Shown piece by piece: positions 24,582-34,412 of a DNA stretch of 37,642 bases; the stretch's first letter is position 1, and each line of letters begins with the position of its first letter. The stretch is from IMG/VR virus record IMGVR_UViG_3300031953_000063, positions 1 to 37,642 of that record, one strand, 5' to 3'. A program made the position numbers and the translations under genes. The DNA is from a virus. Lineage: Duplodnaviria > Caudoviricetes. The notes beneath the pieces were generated by a model that was not told the DNA's origin, did not search any database, and saw only the letters and a program-made list of their open reading frames with translations.

Positions 24582-25801
24582 TGGGACAGTTTGACGGAGT
24601 AACAGTAAATCAGCTAAACGGTGGCCTTGGTCGTCGCAATCCTTCCAGTGATGGTGTGATGCTTTTAGTTGCAATGGGAGCGGTTGCCGCTACAGGTTTG
24701 GCCGTAAACACTGCCACAAAATTGCTAAGCCTTCAGAATGCTGAAGACTTAGGGATAGATGCCAGCTATGACGATACAAACGACATTTTGGCCCATTACC
24801 ATATAGACGAGTTTTTCCGCTTAAACCCGGATGGCACACTTTACGTGGTATTGGCAAATGCCAGTTTTACAAATACATTGCTAAAAACGGCAATCCGTAC
24901 CAACAGCGATATTCGTTGTGTGGGCGTTGCCCGAAATAGCGCAGTAGCTGTAGAAGATTTTTCTGCCTACATAGGTGGGTACCAAAATGCAGTGGACGAA
25001 CTAAAACTGGAACACGTTTTTGTAGATGCCATTCTTTTAGAAGGTAACGAGTTTAGCGGTGCAACAACAGTAGGAGACTACGACGATATGAGACTGGAAG
25101 ACGCACCAAACATTAGTGTAATTGCAGTTCAAGATCCTGCCATTCGCGCTTTAAAAGCAGAATATGCCGGACACGCTGCCATAGGTAGTGCTTTGGGTAT
25201 GTTAAGCGTTCGCGGAGTGAATGAACAGTTAGGATCTGTAAACGTAAACAACAAACCAGCCTTTGCAAAAGGCGATAGCACCTACCCACTTACCAATACA
25301 GGCAGAGGCCGTTGGTTAAGTGCAGTGCTTCAAAACGGTGTTTTGGTTTCCAGTTTATCTGGAACCGAAAAAACAGCACTAACCGCAAAAGGATATGTAT
25401 TTGCAGGTAGCTACGCTGGCCTTGCTGGTGTTTTCTTTAGCTCTTCGCCTACAGCCACGTTGGCAAGTAGCGATTATGCTTTTATTGAAAACAACCGAGT
25501 TTGGAACAAAGCAGCTCGCGCCCTTCGTTTGGCTTTATTGCCACGCGTAAAAGGCAACTTACTTAAAGATGCCGACTCAGGAAACATACGTGCCACAGAA
25601 GTTAAAGAACTTGAGCAATTGGGAAAAAACGCCCTGTCCGCTATGGAAGCTTCGGAAGAAATTAGCGGCAGCAACGTATATATAGATCCTGCGCAAAACC
25701 CACAGGAAGACACGCCACTGGTTGTAAAAGCCCAGATAGTGGCAAACGGAATTATCTATGATATTTCTGTAGATCTAGGACTAACAAATTCAATAGGATA
25801 A
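24581..25801 (+). CDS. Tail sheath protein (DUF2586-like)
   Basis: 'NGGLGR', 'YHIDEFFR.NP', 'SDYAFIENNRVWNKAAR'. Confidence 0.88.
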   Translation: MGQFDGVTVNQLNGGLGRRNPSSDGVMLLVAMGAVAATGLAVNTATKLLSLQNAEDLGIDASYDDTNDILAHYHIDEFFRLNPDGTLYVVLANASFTNTLLKTAIRTNSDIRCVGVARNSAVAVEDFSAYIGGYQNAVDELKLEHVFVDAILLEGNEFSGATTVGDYDDMRLEDAPNISVIAVQDPAIRALKAEYAGHAAIGSALGMLSVRGVNEQLGSVNVNNKPAFAKGDSTYPLTNTGRGRWLSAVLQNGVLVSSLSGTEKTALTAKGYVFAGSYAGLAGVFFSSSPTATLASSDYAFIENNRVWNKAARALRLALLPRVKGNLLKDADSGNIRATEVKELEQLGKNALSAMEASEEISGSNVYIDPAQNPQEDTPLVVKAQIVANGIIYDISVDLGLTNSIG

Positions 25802-25803
25802 TT

Positions 25804-26232
25804 ATGCCACAAGTAGTAAATAGTTTAGGAAAATTAACCGGATGGAATTCTGTAACTGCCCGAATTTTAGGGCGGGACGTTGTAGGGATTTCCAAAGTAG
25901 CTTATAGCGACGAGCAGGTAAGCAACAATGCAATGGGTGCCGGATCTATGCCAGTAGGTATTGAAGGTGGTAATTATACTGCTAATGCCAGCGTCGATTT
26001 GTTTGAAGAGGAAGTACGCGCCATACAAACTGCAATGCCTGCAGGGGTTAGAGTACAGGACATTTTACCGTTCGACGTTATTGTAAGTTATGCTTTGCCA
26101 GGCGGTGGTCGTACAACAGACGTAATACACAACTGCCGTTTTTTAAATAACGGTATTGAAGTTAAACAGGGCGATGGCAAAATAGTAAGGTCTTTCAACC
26201 TTGCCGTTTCGCACATTAGCCACAATATTTAA
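25804..26232 (+). CDS. Tail tube protein
   Basis: 142 aa after the sheath gene; 'PFDVIVSY...DVIHNCRF'. Confidence 0.85.
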   Translation: MPQVVNSLGKLTGWNSVTARILGRDVVGISKVAYSDEQVSNNAMGAGSMPVGIEGGNYTANASVDLFEEEVRAIQTAMPAGVRVQDILPFDVIVSYALPGGGRTTDVIHNCRFLNNGIEVKQGDGKIVRSFNLAVSHISHNI

Positions 26233-26235
26233 AAA

Positions 26236-26577
26236 ATGACAAAACAATCGCAAAAAGTGCCAGCCGTAATTGGCGAGCACACCCAACCAGACATTAACAA
26301 GTGGAAAACGCAACACGGCGACGTGCGCAAATTCACCCAAAAGGACGAAGAGGGCAACACCCACGTTACGTACTTCCGACCACCAAATTTTGAAGATCTG
26401 GACTATGCCCGCTCAGTGGGCGATGGTGACGGAACCAAGATAGGAATAGCAATGGCAAATGCCGTGCGCCTTGGTGGAAGTGATCAAGTAATGGACAACT
26501 TCCGGTTAAAACACGGCTATATGAAAACCGTTTTAAAACTGGCAACTGCCATTGAAGGGGAAGTGGAAAAGCTGTAA
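26236..26577 (+). CDS. Tail assembly chaperone (G-like)
   Basis: Between tube and tape measure; slippery GGAAAAG before the stop. Confidence 0.8.
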   Translation: MTKQSQKVPAVIGEHTQPDINKWKTQHGDVRKFTQKDEEGNTHVTYFRPPNFEDLDYARSVGDGDGTKIGIAMANAVRLGGSDQVMDNFRLKHGYMKTVLKLATAIEGEVEKL

Positions 26578-26783
26578 ACGGAGTCTGTGACGATGCGGCA
26601 GACTTCGGAATAATAAAAAAAGGAAACGCACTCATTAGGGGTGCGTTTTTTATTGATGCCCAGGCATTAATGCAAAAAGACGAAAAACAGTGGCTTTCCC
26701 TTGTAAAGCAAGCATCTTGGGTAGAACAAAACCGCGCCAAATTAGTAGCGCTGGAAATTGCAAAGTTAATAACACCTAAATAA
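26565..26783 (+). CDS. -1 frameshift extension of the tail chaperone (T-like)
   Basis: Open -1 frame ...KAVNGVCDDAADFGIIKKGNALIRGAFFIDAQALMQKDEKQWLSLVKQASWVEQ...ITPK*. Confidence 0.7.
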   Translation, partial: GKAVNGVCDDAADFGIIKKGNALIRGAFFIDAQALMQKDEKQWLSLVKQASWVEQNRAKLVALEIAKLITPK

Positions 26784-26810
26784 GAGATTACCGCCTTCGC
26801 GGGGAATGTT

Positions 26811-28784
26811 ATGGCCGACAAAACAACAAAATGGATCTTAGAGCTGGTAGACCAGATAACCGCGCCCTTAAAAGGAATTGAGGCCGAGGCTAAACTGGTT
26901 ACAGATGTTGGCGTAGATCTTGGCGATAGTTTTGACAAAGCAGGCAAAGAGGCGGCACAATCTGGTGCAACCTACACAAAATTAGGGCAGCAACTACACG
27001 ACCAACGTCTGGAAGCTGCAAAAGCCGCCCAAGACATTGACGATCTTGGCAAAGCTGCAGACCGTTCCAAAACCGATATGGATGGTTTGGGAAAAGAAGC
27101 TGTGAATACCAGTACAGACGTTCGCGAACTTGGCGACGAAGTAGAAGTTTCAGAAAAAGCAATTAAAGATTTTACAGCCAGCTTTAAAGATCTGTTTGAA
27201 GGTTTCCAAACTGGCAATCTAGCACAAATAAGCGATGGTTTTAAAGGCGTAGCCAACAACATTGGCACAATGACGCGAAGTGCCTTGGCATTTATAGCCA
27301 CGCCATTGGGCGCCACCCTTGCGGGCCTTGCAATAGTGGGAATGATAGCCACAGACTTTGTGCGCTATAATGAAGCCGCGCGGGAAACTAATGTTATTGT
27401 GGCCCAAATGACGCAACTGGAAGGCGATGCCGTAAGCCAGATGCGTGTGCGTGCCCAAGTAATGGAAGAGGTTTTTGGACAAGATTTAAAAGACACGCTT
27501 ACCATTGCTAAAAATAATGTTCAGGCTTTCGGTATTACTTATGAAGAGGCAATGGACAATATTGGCGACGCCTTAGTTCGTGGTGGCGCCGCAAATGATG
27601 AATATCTGGACAGTATGCGCGAATATCCACGGATGTTTGCAAATGCAGGTTTCAACATGCAGGAGTTTCAGAAAATTATAGATACTGGTTTTGACCTTGG
27701 TATGTATTCTGACAAACTTCCAGATGCAATTAAGGAATTAGATATTTCATTAAAAGAACGAACCCAATCATCACAAGATGCTTTGGAAAATGCCTTTGGT
27801 AAGAAGTTTACCGATGAGCTTTTTCAAAATATTACTAATGGCAGTATTACTACTAAAGAAGCGCTTCGGCAAATTTCAGAAGAGACAGAACGCGTTGGTG
27901 TAAATACTCAGGAAGCTGCGGCCCTTACTGCAGATCTATTTCGTGGCGCAGGTGAAGATGCTGGTGGTTACATTGAAATTATTAATGCCGTAAATATTGC
28001 ACTAGATGACGAAGTAACTGCTTTAACAGGAGTTGAAAACCAATTAAACAAGGTTTACGAAGCAACAGAAGCATTTCGCGAAGCACAACAGGCTGCGCTA
28101 GAAAGCGATAGTTATGTAGCTTTTGCGCAGGAAATGGAGCTGTTTTGGTTAGATATAAAAACAGGCTACTACTACGGCCTTGTTTGGGCGCAGGAGTGGT
28201 TTGATGGCACAACTAGCTTTTACACCCAATTGGTAGCGGTGGCAGCTGTATTACCACAAACTATTAACGAGTCGTGGGTTAACATTCTTGAAGATTTGGG
28301 TGTGTTAACCAAAACCTTTATGAGTGCCGGCGACATTATAAACGACGCTTTACATTTCCGTTTTGACGATGCTGCCGCACGGTTTAGGCTTTTCAAAATG
28401 GATTTAGAGGAAGATTTAACCAACCTCGGAAAAGACATTGTAATAGATCCTTATGTAAAGTTAGGAAACGCATATGTGGACCAAGGGAAGGACGTGGATG
28501 CCTACCGCGAAAGTCTCGCTTATTACGCCAAACAAGGCGATGGTAAAACCGCCAGACCAAAAGTAGACGCCACCGGTATAAACGACCCTACAAAAGATAA
28601 AAAAGACGATCCTAAAAAAGAGCGTACAGGTGGTGGTAGTGGCGCTGGCAAAAGCATAACAATGACGCTAAACATAGTGCAAAACTTTGCCGTGGCAAAA
28701 GGGCAGGATATTGAGGAAGTGGCAAGAGAAACAGTGCGATTAATTAACGACCAGCTGCGCGATGCAGTTATAACTTTAAACTAA
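26811..28784 (+). CDS. Tape measure protein
   Basis: 657 aa, helical and Ala/Gly-rich; 'YSDKLPDAIKE', 'LFRGAGEDAG'. Confidence 0.88.
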   Translation: MADKTTKWILELVDQITAPLKGIEAEAKLVTDVGVDLGDSFDKAGKEAAQSGATYTKLGQQLHDQRLEAAKAAQDIDDLGKAADRSKTDMDGLGKEAVNTSTDVRELGDEVEVSEKAIKDFTASFKDLFEGFQTGNLAQISDGFKGVANNIGTMTRSALAFIATPLGATLAGLAIVGMIATDFVRYNEAARETNVIVAQMTQLEGDAVSQMRVRAQVMEEVFGQDLKDTLTIAKNNVQAFGITYEEAMDNIGDALVRGGAANDEYLDSMREYPRMFANAGFNMQEFQKIIDTGFDLGMYSDKLPDAIKELDISLKERTQSSQDALENAFGKKFTDELFQNITNGSITTKEALRQISEETERVGVNTQEAAALTADLFRGAGEDAGGYIEIINAVNIALDDEVTALTGVENQLNKVYEATEAFREAQQAALESDSYVAFAQEMELFWLDIKTGYYYGLVWAQEWFDGTTSFYTQLVAVAAVLPQTINESWVNILEDLGVLTKTFMSAGDIINDALHFRFDDAAARFRLFKMDLEEDLTNLGKDIVIDPYVKLGNAYVDQGKDVDAYRESLAYYAKQGDGKTARPKVDATGINDPTKDKKDDPKKERTGGGSGAGKSITMTLNIVQNFAVAKGQDIEEVARETVRLINDQLRDAVITLN

Positions 28785-29386
28785 TGGCAGGTATAAAATT
28801 TAACATAGGCGAATTGCTAAACACGGCTTTTGGAGTAACAAATGTTATTGCTCCACCATCTGCTTTGGTGAGTATTCAGGCTATTGAGGAAGCCAGCCAG
28901 ATTGCACGTTTAAGTTATTTGGGTACGCCTGTTTTGCACCCAATTGTTTTTGGTGGGCAGAATTACAACGTTTACGACGATAATGGCGAAATAACACAAG
29001 TAGCCTTGGCGCCTTTTGAATTGCCAGTTACAACGCTCAGCTCCTTCACCCGAAATAAAAACTCCACTACTACAGATTTGGCTGCTGGTTATGGCAATGT
29101 AACAGAAATGTACAGCTTTCGCCCTTGGCGTATAGAAATACGCGGACTTTGCCTGTTCGATCCTGTAAAGGTGAACGCAATAACCGCCAACGAACAACAT
29201 TTGCGATTGTTGGAATTCGAAAAAGTGGCAGACAGTATTCCTGTCTTCAGCAAATTGTATAACGATAAAGGCATAGATGCCATAAACATACTAAGAATTT
29301 ATTTTGATCAAATAGAAGGTCGCCCAGGTGTTATTCCGTTTTGGATAAGTGCCGAAAGCACCCGACCACAAGAACTTATATTATGA
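28784..29386 (+). CDS. Tail tube initiator/baseplate protein (DUF6046-like)
   Basis: Position after TMP; 'GNVTEMYSFRPWRIEIRG'. Confidence 0.7.
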   Translation: MAGIKFNIGELLNTAFGVTNVIAPPSALVSIQAIEEASQIARLSYLGTPVLHPIVFGGQNYNVYDDNGEITQVALAPFELPVTTLSSFTRNKNSTTTDLAAGYGNVTEMYSFRPWRIEIRGLCLFDPVKVNAITANEQHLRLLEFEKVADSIPVFSKLYNDKGIDAINILRIYFDQIEGRPGVIPFWISAESTRPQELIL

Positions 29387-29411
29387 GAAACGATATAATT
29401 GCAGGATAACA

Positions 29412-30377
29412 ATGTTAGCAATGTGCGCACATATAGAATTTGGAGCTTCGCGGGAACGTGAGGCCATTGTGTTGCGTAGACCCAACAGTGTTATTATTAA
29501 TAAAAGTTGGAAGCTGTTAACAGATACTGCCGAAATAACCATACCACGCAACGTGCGCGATTTTGATAAACAGAAAGTCCGCGACGTTTTTCGCCCTGGC
29601 GATCCTGTTACAATTTCGCTGGGTTACAATGGCATTTTGTACAAAGAATTTACAGGGTTTATTAGTCGCGTTTCGGCAGATATACCTATTACCATTTGGT
29701 GCGAAGATGCAATGTGGAAACTGAAGCAACAACCAGTAAACATTAGCAAGCCTTCCACCACTTTAAAAGCGTTGATGGACGATGTGGTAAGCGGTTACAC
29801 CATAGATGCTGCTGAATATGAAATTGGTCCTGTGCGCTACCCAAATTTTACGGTGGCCACTGTGTTGGACGATCTTAAAAAACGCTTCAACTTTTATAGT
29901 TATATGCGTGGTGAAACTTTGGTAGTTGGTAAAATCTATGCAGATGATACTAATGTGGAACCGGTTAACCTTCACCTAGAAAAAGACGTGTATGCCAATA
30001 ATTTGGAATACCGCAATGCCGACGATGTACGCATAAAAGTAAAAGCCGTTTCCACCTTAAACAACGGCAAAAAACTGAGTGTAGAAGTGGGCGAAGATGG
30101 TGGCGAAACAAGGCAATTAACGTATTTCGGCATTACTGCAGAAGCAGATTTAAAAAAGTTTGCGCAGGCCGATTATGATAAATATAAAGTAGATAGGTAT
30201 AAAGGTGGCATAACCACATTTGGCACGCCAGCAATAGAGCACGGATGGAAGGTAAATTTAACCAGCGATCTGTATCCAGAACGTTCCGGACTTTATTATA
30301 CAGACAGTATTAGGGTAAGTTTTGGCCCCAGTAATAGATACGCCAGAACCGCAACATTAGGAGACATTGCACAATGA
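29412..30377 (+). CDS. Baseplate hub (late control D/Mu gp44-like)
   Basis: Likely start ATG 29412; 'LTDTAEITIP...LGY...FTGFI...CED', 'GGITTFGTP'. Confidence 0.8.
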   Translation: MLAMCAHIEFGASREREAIVLRRPNSVIINKSWKLLTDTAEITIPRNVRDFDKQKVRDVFRPGDPVTISLGYNGILYKEFTGFISRVSADIPITIWCEDAMWKLKQQPVNISKPSTTLKALMDDVVSGYTIDAAEYEIGPVRYPNFTVATVLDDLKKRFNFYSYMRGETLVVGKIYADDTNVEPVNLHLEKDVYANNLEYRNADDVRIKVKAVSTLNNGKKLSVEVGEDGGETRQLTYFGITAEADLKKFAQADYDKYKVDRYKGGITTFGTPAIEHGWKVNLTSDLYPERSGLYYTDSIRVSFGPSNRYARTATLGDIAQ

Positions 30378-30904
30378 GTTTAACAGACGAAATAGCGGAA
30401 TTTCAACAACTGCAGCAAAGACAGGTGCGAGGTGCTTTAACGCCCGGTTGCGTTTGGGCAACGGTTAAAAATGTGGATTGGACTAAAAAAACAATGACTG
30501 CCACGGGTGTAGATGACGAGCTGGACTACTTTAATGTACAACTAGGTTTGGGTGCATATTACCGTAAACCCGAAGTAGGCACATTGGTTATGCTTGGCGT
30601 TCCTGGTCTGCAGGGTAGCGACACATTTTTAATTGAATGTGAAGCATTTGAAGAGGCAATATATGTAAGTGGCGAAACCACTTTTGTTATTAAAGAAGCG
30701 GGATTTATAGTGAAGCAAGGCAACGAAAACCTGCGCACCATTATGGACGACTACGACAAACAATTTGGAAAGCTCTGTGATGAGATAAAAAAAATATATG
30801 TAAGTATTGGTACAACCGTAAATATTCCTGCTGTAGAAGCAATAAAATTGGAAGTAACCCAAAATATTAACACCCGCATGAAGACGGTTTTAAAAGAGAA
30901 TTAA
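30374..30904 (+). CDS. Baseplate spike (gpV/Mu gp45-like)
   Basis: OB-fold-like N-terminus 'YFNVQL...PEVGTLV'. Confidence 0.65.
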   Translation: MSLTDEIAEFQQLQQRQVRGALTPGCVWATVKNVDWTKKTMTATGVDDELDYFNVQLGLGAYYRKPEVGTLVMLGVPGLQGSDTFLIECEAFEEAIYVSGETTFVIKEAGFIVKQGNENLRTIMDDYDKQFGKLCDEIKKIYVSIGTTVNIPAVEAIKLEVTQNINTRMKTVLKEN

Positions 30905-30905
30905 A

Positions 30906-31094
30906 ATGGCTTTAAATAAGGCACAATTAGAAGCACAATTGGTTACCATATTAAGTAACCCAACCACAGAAAGCAATGTACAGGCAGTTGCCTCAGCAAT
31001 TGCAACAGCGGTAGATGCTTATGTAAAAGGTGGATTAGTAACTGGAACCTGCCCTAATGGTGGCGGACCATTAACCCTTGGAAAAGTAACCTAA
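30906..31094 (+). CDS. Small baseplate/spike-tip protein
   Basis: 'IATAVDAYVKGG'; gene order. Confidence 0.55.
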   Translation: MALNKAQLEAQLVTILSNPTTESNVQAVASAIATAVDAYVKGGLVTGTCPNGGGPLTLGKVT

Positions 31095-31378
31095 TGGCAA
31101 ACGATATTCTTTTAGACGAAAACGACGATTTACTGTTTGACAGCAATGGCGAACTGGTTATTGGCGAAAGCGAGCTGCAGGAAGTGGGTATAATTGCCAG
31201 GATAAACAAAGGCGAAGTAAAAAGCGATCCGTTGTTAGGTCCGAATTTAATTGAATTGATAAATGCAAATGGTGGAGCTGCAGAAGTTAAGCAACGAATG
31301 AAAATAGCATTAGCCCGCGATGGTAAAAATTTTGAAGCCCTTCGCGAAATGATAAACTTAAAAGTAAGAAATGAATAA
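31094..31378 (+). CDS. Baseplate wedge/sheath initiator (gp25/Mu gp46-like)
   Basis: 'DILLDENDDL...GE.K.DPLLG...LARDG'. Confidence 0.7.
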   Translation: MANDILLDENDDLLFDSNGELVIGESELQEVGIIARINKGEVKSDPLLGPNLIELINANGGAAEVKQRMKIALARDGKNFEALREMINLKVRNE

Positions 31379-31652
31379 AGTAGTTACAGCAGAGTTTCAG
31401 AATATTATGGATCTGTCCATACAGGAATGTGGTGGCATCGCTTCCATTTTTGATGTGGCCCTGCTAAATGGCTACGGCATAAGCGACGACCCAGAAATAG
31501 GTGCAAAGCTACAAGTGCCAACCCTAAAGGCAGACGTTGCAATTGCAATGTTTTTAAAAAAGAAGGGCAATAGTATTGCCACTAATTACACCATCGACCA
31601 GTGGCAATCACTGTTTGAAAACGGCCTATTTCAATATGGATTATTTGAATAA
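31371..31652 (+). CDS. LysM/tail-X-like baseplate protein
   Basis: 'QNIMDLSIQECG...VALLNG.GISDD...GAKLQVP'. Confidence 0.65.
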   Translation: MNKVVTAEFQNIMDLSIQECGGIASIFDVALLNGYGISDDPEIGAKLQVPTLKADVAIAMFLKKKGNSIATNYTIDQWQSLFENGLFQYGLFE

Positions 31653-31658
31653 CTAACT

Positions 31659-34349
31659 ATGGAACAAAAAAATATTAGACCTTATAATGGGTTGCAGTAC
31701 AGCACAGTAGAAGGCGCTGAAATTATTAAGGAATTAGACGACCGTACCAAATATGCGGATGCGGAGCTAAATTCCATGCAGTCCCAAGCTGAAGCTATAA
31801 AGGACCTACGCCCACGAATATATGAAACCATTGCTTTAATGTTAGTGCAACAACACACGCATACTTCAATGCATGAGTTAATTGTGCTGGACGCTAGTGC
31901 GGACAATAATATTACCTTTCCTGATGGCGAGGCTAGAAAGCAAGCTACGTATCGTTATAAGGGTATTGCTACAAATAGTGTTGCAGATTATAGGTTGGAG
32001 GCTGTGCCTTATGGCAATATAGGAGGTAGCGAAGCAGATATAGTAGCACTTCAAGAGGGAAAATTAGATAGAGGTACTTATACAACAGGAACGGCAGGAG
32101 ATTTAAAAACCCTAGTTGATGGTACTGTTAGTGGCTATAAAGGCTACGTAGCTATTGCAGCATTACCAACAGAAGATGGTATGTATTCTCCCCAAGCAGG
32201 AATACACACCAATAAAGGTGGTTTAGTTTACGCACCCGAAGGAGCAGATAAAGGTTTTGATGTTAAGTTTATTAAAACTGGTGCAAGTTGGGTAAAGGAT
32301 AGTGTGAAAATAGATACTTCCGCATTTGATGATGCGCTAAGACGTTCAAAAACCACCACAGAACCTCTGTCTGGCACATACGCAACCAAACCACTTTTAA
32401 CTGCCGCTTTTCCATCGGGAAACTCTAATCTCTATTTAGTTGTAGGCGATATTAAAGAGGTTGATACCTTAACTATAACAGGAGCAGCAACAGCAAACGG
32501 TAATTTCGGTGTTGTGTTAAACGGCGTTACTGTATATACGGCAGTAATTTCAGGAGATAGCCCAGAAGTTGTGGCGGGTAAAATTAGGGCTAATACACAA
32601 TTTCAAGGCTGGGTTATTTCGGGAACTGGGGCATCTGTAATATTTACAGATTCAACAAGTAGAGTGGTTTCTGCACCAACAGCAAATCCAACAGCTACAG
32701 GGATTACTTATACATTGATAAGGACAACAACGGGAGTTGCGCCAGATGGCAATTGGTATTATTGGAGTGTTTCAGCTTGGGTAAGCGGTGGCACTTATTT
32801 AGCTTTATTAAATAGCATTCAAGATTCTAAACTAGAAACGCTAAATAAAACACATACGGCAGCGGTAAATGAATTAAATGCCGCTAAAAATAAACTGGAC
32901 TTGCAAGTTGAAAAATTAGAAGAAAAGCAACAACCATTTTATATAGAAATGGGGGCTTATACAATGGCGGCAGATGCTCCATCCACAAATGCCAATGCTA
33001 TAATTGCAGTTACAGATACCACTAGTAATATATTAACAGGTGATTTTTCAGTATGGGGCGCAACAAAGCAAATAGCTGGAGTAGTTGAATATACAGATGG
33101 CACTTATGGGACAAATTTAATTAATTCATACAACACCACTACCGCTACTTTTGCAAAACCGTTTACTAAAGACGTAGCAAAAGCAAGTTGTATGCACGAT
33201 GCCGTAAATGGTCAACACCTTTCAGATATAGGATTTTATGCAATGGCGCAACACTTATTTAACTACCCTAAGCGAACTGCATTTAGGCAAGAATTAGTGA
33301 AGGGTATGAATATGCAAAACCACGCACGTTTAAGCGTATCGGGAAATCACGTAATTTTTAAAAATACTTTAACCAACAAAACATCTTTAGAGATTGATGC
33401 TCTTGGGAGTTATAATCCAGCGTTTATAAATGTTGCAAATTCCTCTTTAGCGTATTTTAAACTAAGTGCTTTGTGCTTAGAATTAAGCAATACATTTCCT
33501 GCGATAATTGGTGGTGGGTACGAAATTACTCATAATGCAGATTATACAGGTTACGTAGAATTATTTTTAGGAACTGATTTGTCTTTGTCTGGTAAAATTT
33601 GTGAAGTAAAATTACTGAAAGATGGTGTGGCAATTGAAACTATACAATTTTCTGGCGGAACAAAGCAAATAATATTAAACCACGAAGTTGGAAATTACAA
33701 GATACAAGTAGTAGCCGTTGAAGCCGCTGCCAATCCAAAATTATCTGGAATTTTCTTTTGGAAAAAAAGAGAAACTATTACACCGATTTGGAAGAAAAGT
33801 GATAGGATTTTATTTTTAACAGATAGTTGGGGCGCATATCCCGAAGCTGTTGATCCAGAATTAAAACCAAAACAATTTGATGGCACACGTTCAAGTGGTA
33901 TGAGTTATATGCCTATAAAATTCAAAGAGTATTTTGAAGAAATGGGGGGTAATCCCAACAATGTTTTCTTAGCTACAAGAGGCGGGCAAACTTCTGAATG
34001 GGCGCAGTATTGGCTTCCTTTCGCAATTAGAGAAACAATGCCTACTAAGATTGTTTTCAATTTTGGAGTAAATGATTTAAACTCGACAGATGAATATGCA
34101 GGAGGTATTCCTTCTTCTTATGATTTTGATCCAGATGTAATGTTTGCAAGTATGATGAGCAACGCTGGTGGCGTGTTTGGTTCGGTAGATAAGCAGCGCT
34201 ATGCCGATAATATTAAATTTCTCGCTGATTATTGCGTGAGTAAAGGGATAACACCAATTTTCTTTATGCCTCCAAAAGTAGCGTCTGTTGCGCAAACATT
34301 AAATCTTCAGAAATGGGCTTTGGAAATCTATGCAGAAGGGCTAAAATAA
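31659..34349 (+). CDS. Large tail spike/receptor-binding protein with SGNH/GDSL esterase-like domain
   Basis: 896 aa, Thr/Gly-rich beta N-terminal half, coiled coil, 'ILFLTDSW', 'RGGQTS', 'NFGVND'. Confidence 0.7.
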   Translation: MEQKNIRPYNGLQYSTVEGAEIIKELDDRTKYADAELNSMQSQAEAIKDLRPRIYETIALMLVQQHTHTSMHELIVLDASADNNITFPDGEARKQATYRYKGIATNSVADYRLEAVPYGNIGGSEADIVALQEGKLDRGTYTTGTAGDLKTLVDGTVSGYKGYVAIAALPTEDGMYSPQAGIHTNKGGLVYAPEGADKGFDVKFIKTGASWVKDSVKIDTSAFDDALRRSKTTTEPLSGTYATKPLLTAAFPSGNSNLYLVVGDIKEVDTLTITGAATANGNFGVVLNGVTVYTAVISGDSPEVVAGKIRANTQFQGWVISGTGASVIFTDSTSRVVSAPTANPTATGITYTLIRTTTGVAPDGNWYYWSVSAWVSGGTYLALLNSIQDSKLETLNKTHTAAVNELNAAKNKLDLQVEKLEEKQQPFYIEMGAYTMAADAPSTNANAIIAVTDTTSNILTGDFSVWGATKQIAGVVEYTDGTYGTNLINSYNTTTATFAKPFTKDVAKASCMHDAVNGQHLSDIGFYAMAQHLFNYPKRTAFRQELVKGMNMQNHARLSVSGNHVIFKNTLTNKTSLEIDALGSYNPAFINVANSSLAYFKLSALCLELSNTFPAIIGGGYEITHNADYTGYVELFLGTDLSLSGKICEVKLLKDGVAIETIQFSGGTKQIILNHEVGNYKIQVVAVEAAANPKLSGIFFWKKRETITPIWKKSDRILFLTDSWGAYPEAVDPELKPKQFDGTRSSGMSYMPIKFKEYFEEMGGNPNNVFLATRGGQTSEWAQYWLPFAIRETMPTKIVFNFGVNDLNSTDEYAGGIPSSYDFDPDVMFASMMSNAGGVFGSVDKQRYADNIKFLADYCVSKGITPIFFMPPKVASVAQTLNLQKWALEIYAEGLK

Positions 34350-34412
34350 AAATAAAAGAGAGGTAAAAAACCCCACATTCCATACATAGCACTACTAATA
34401 ATTAAATAGCTA

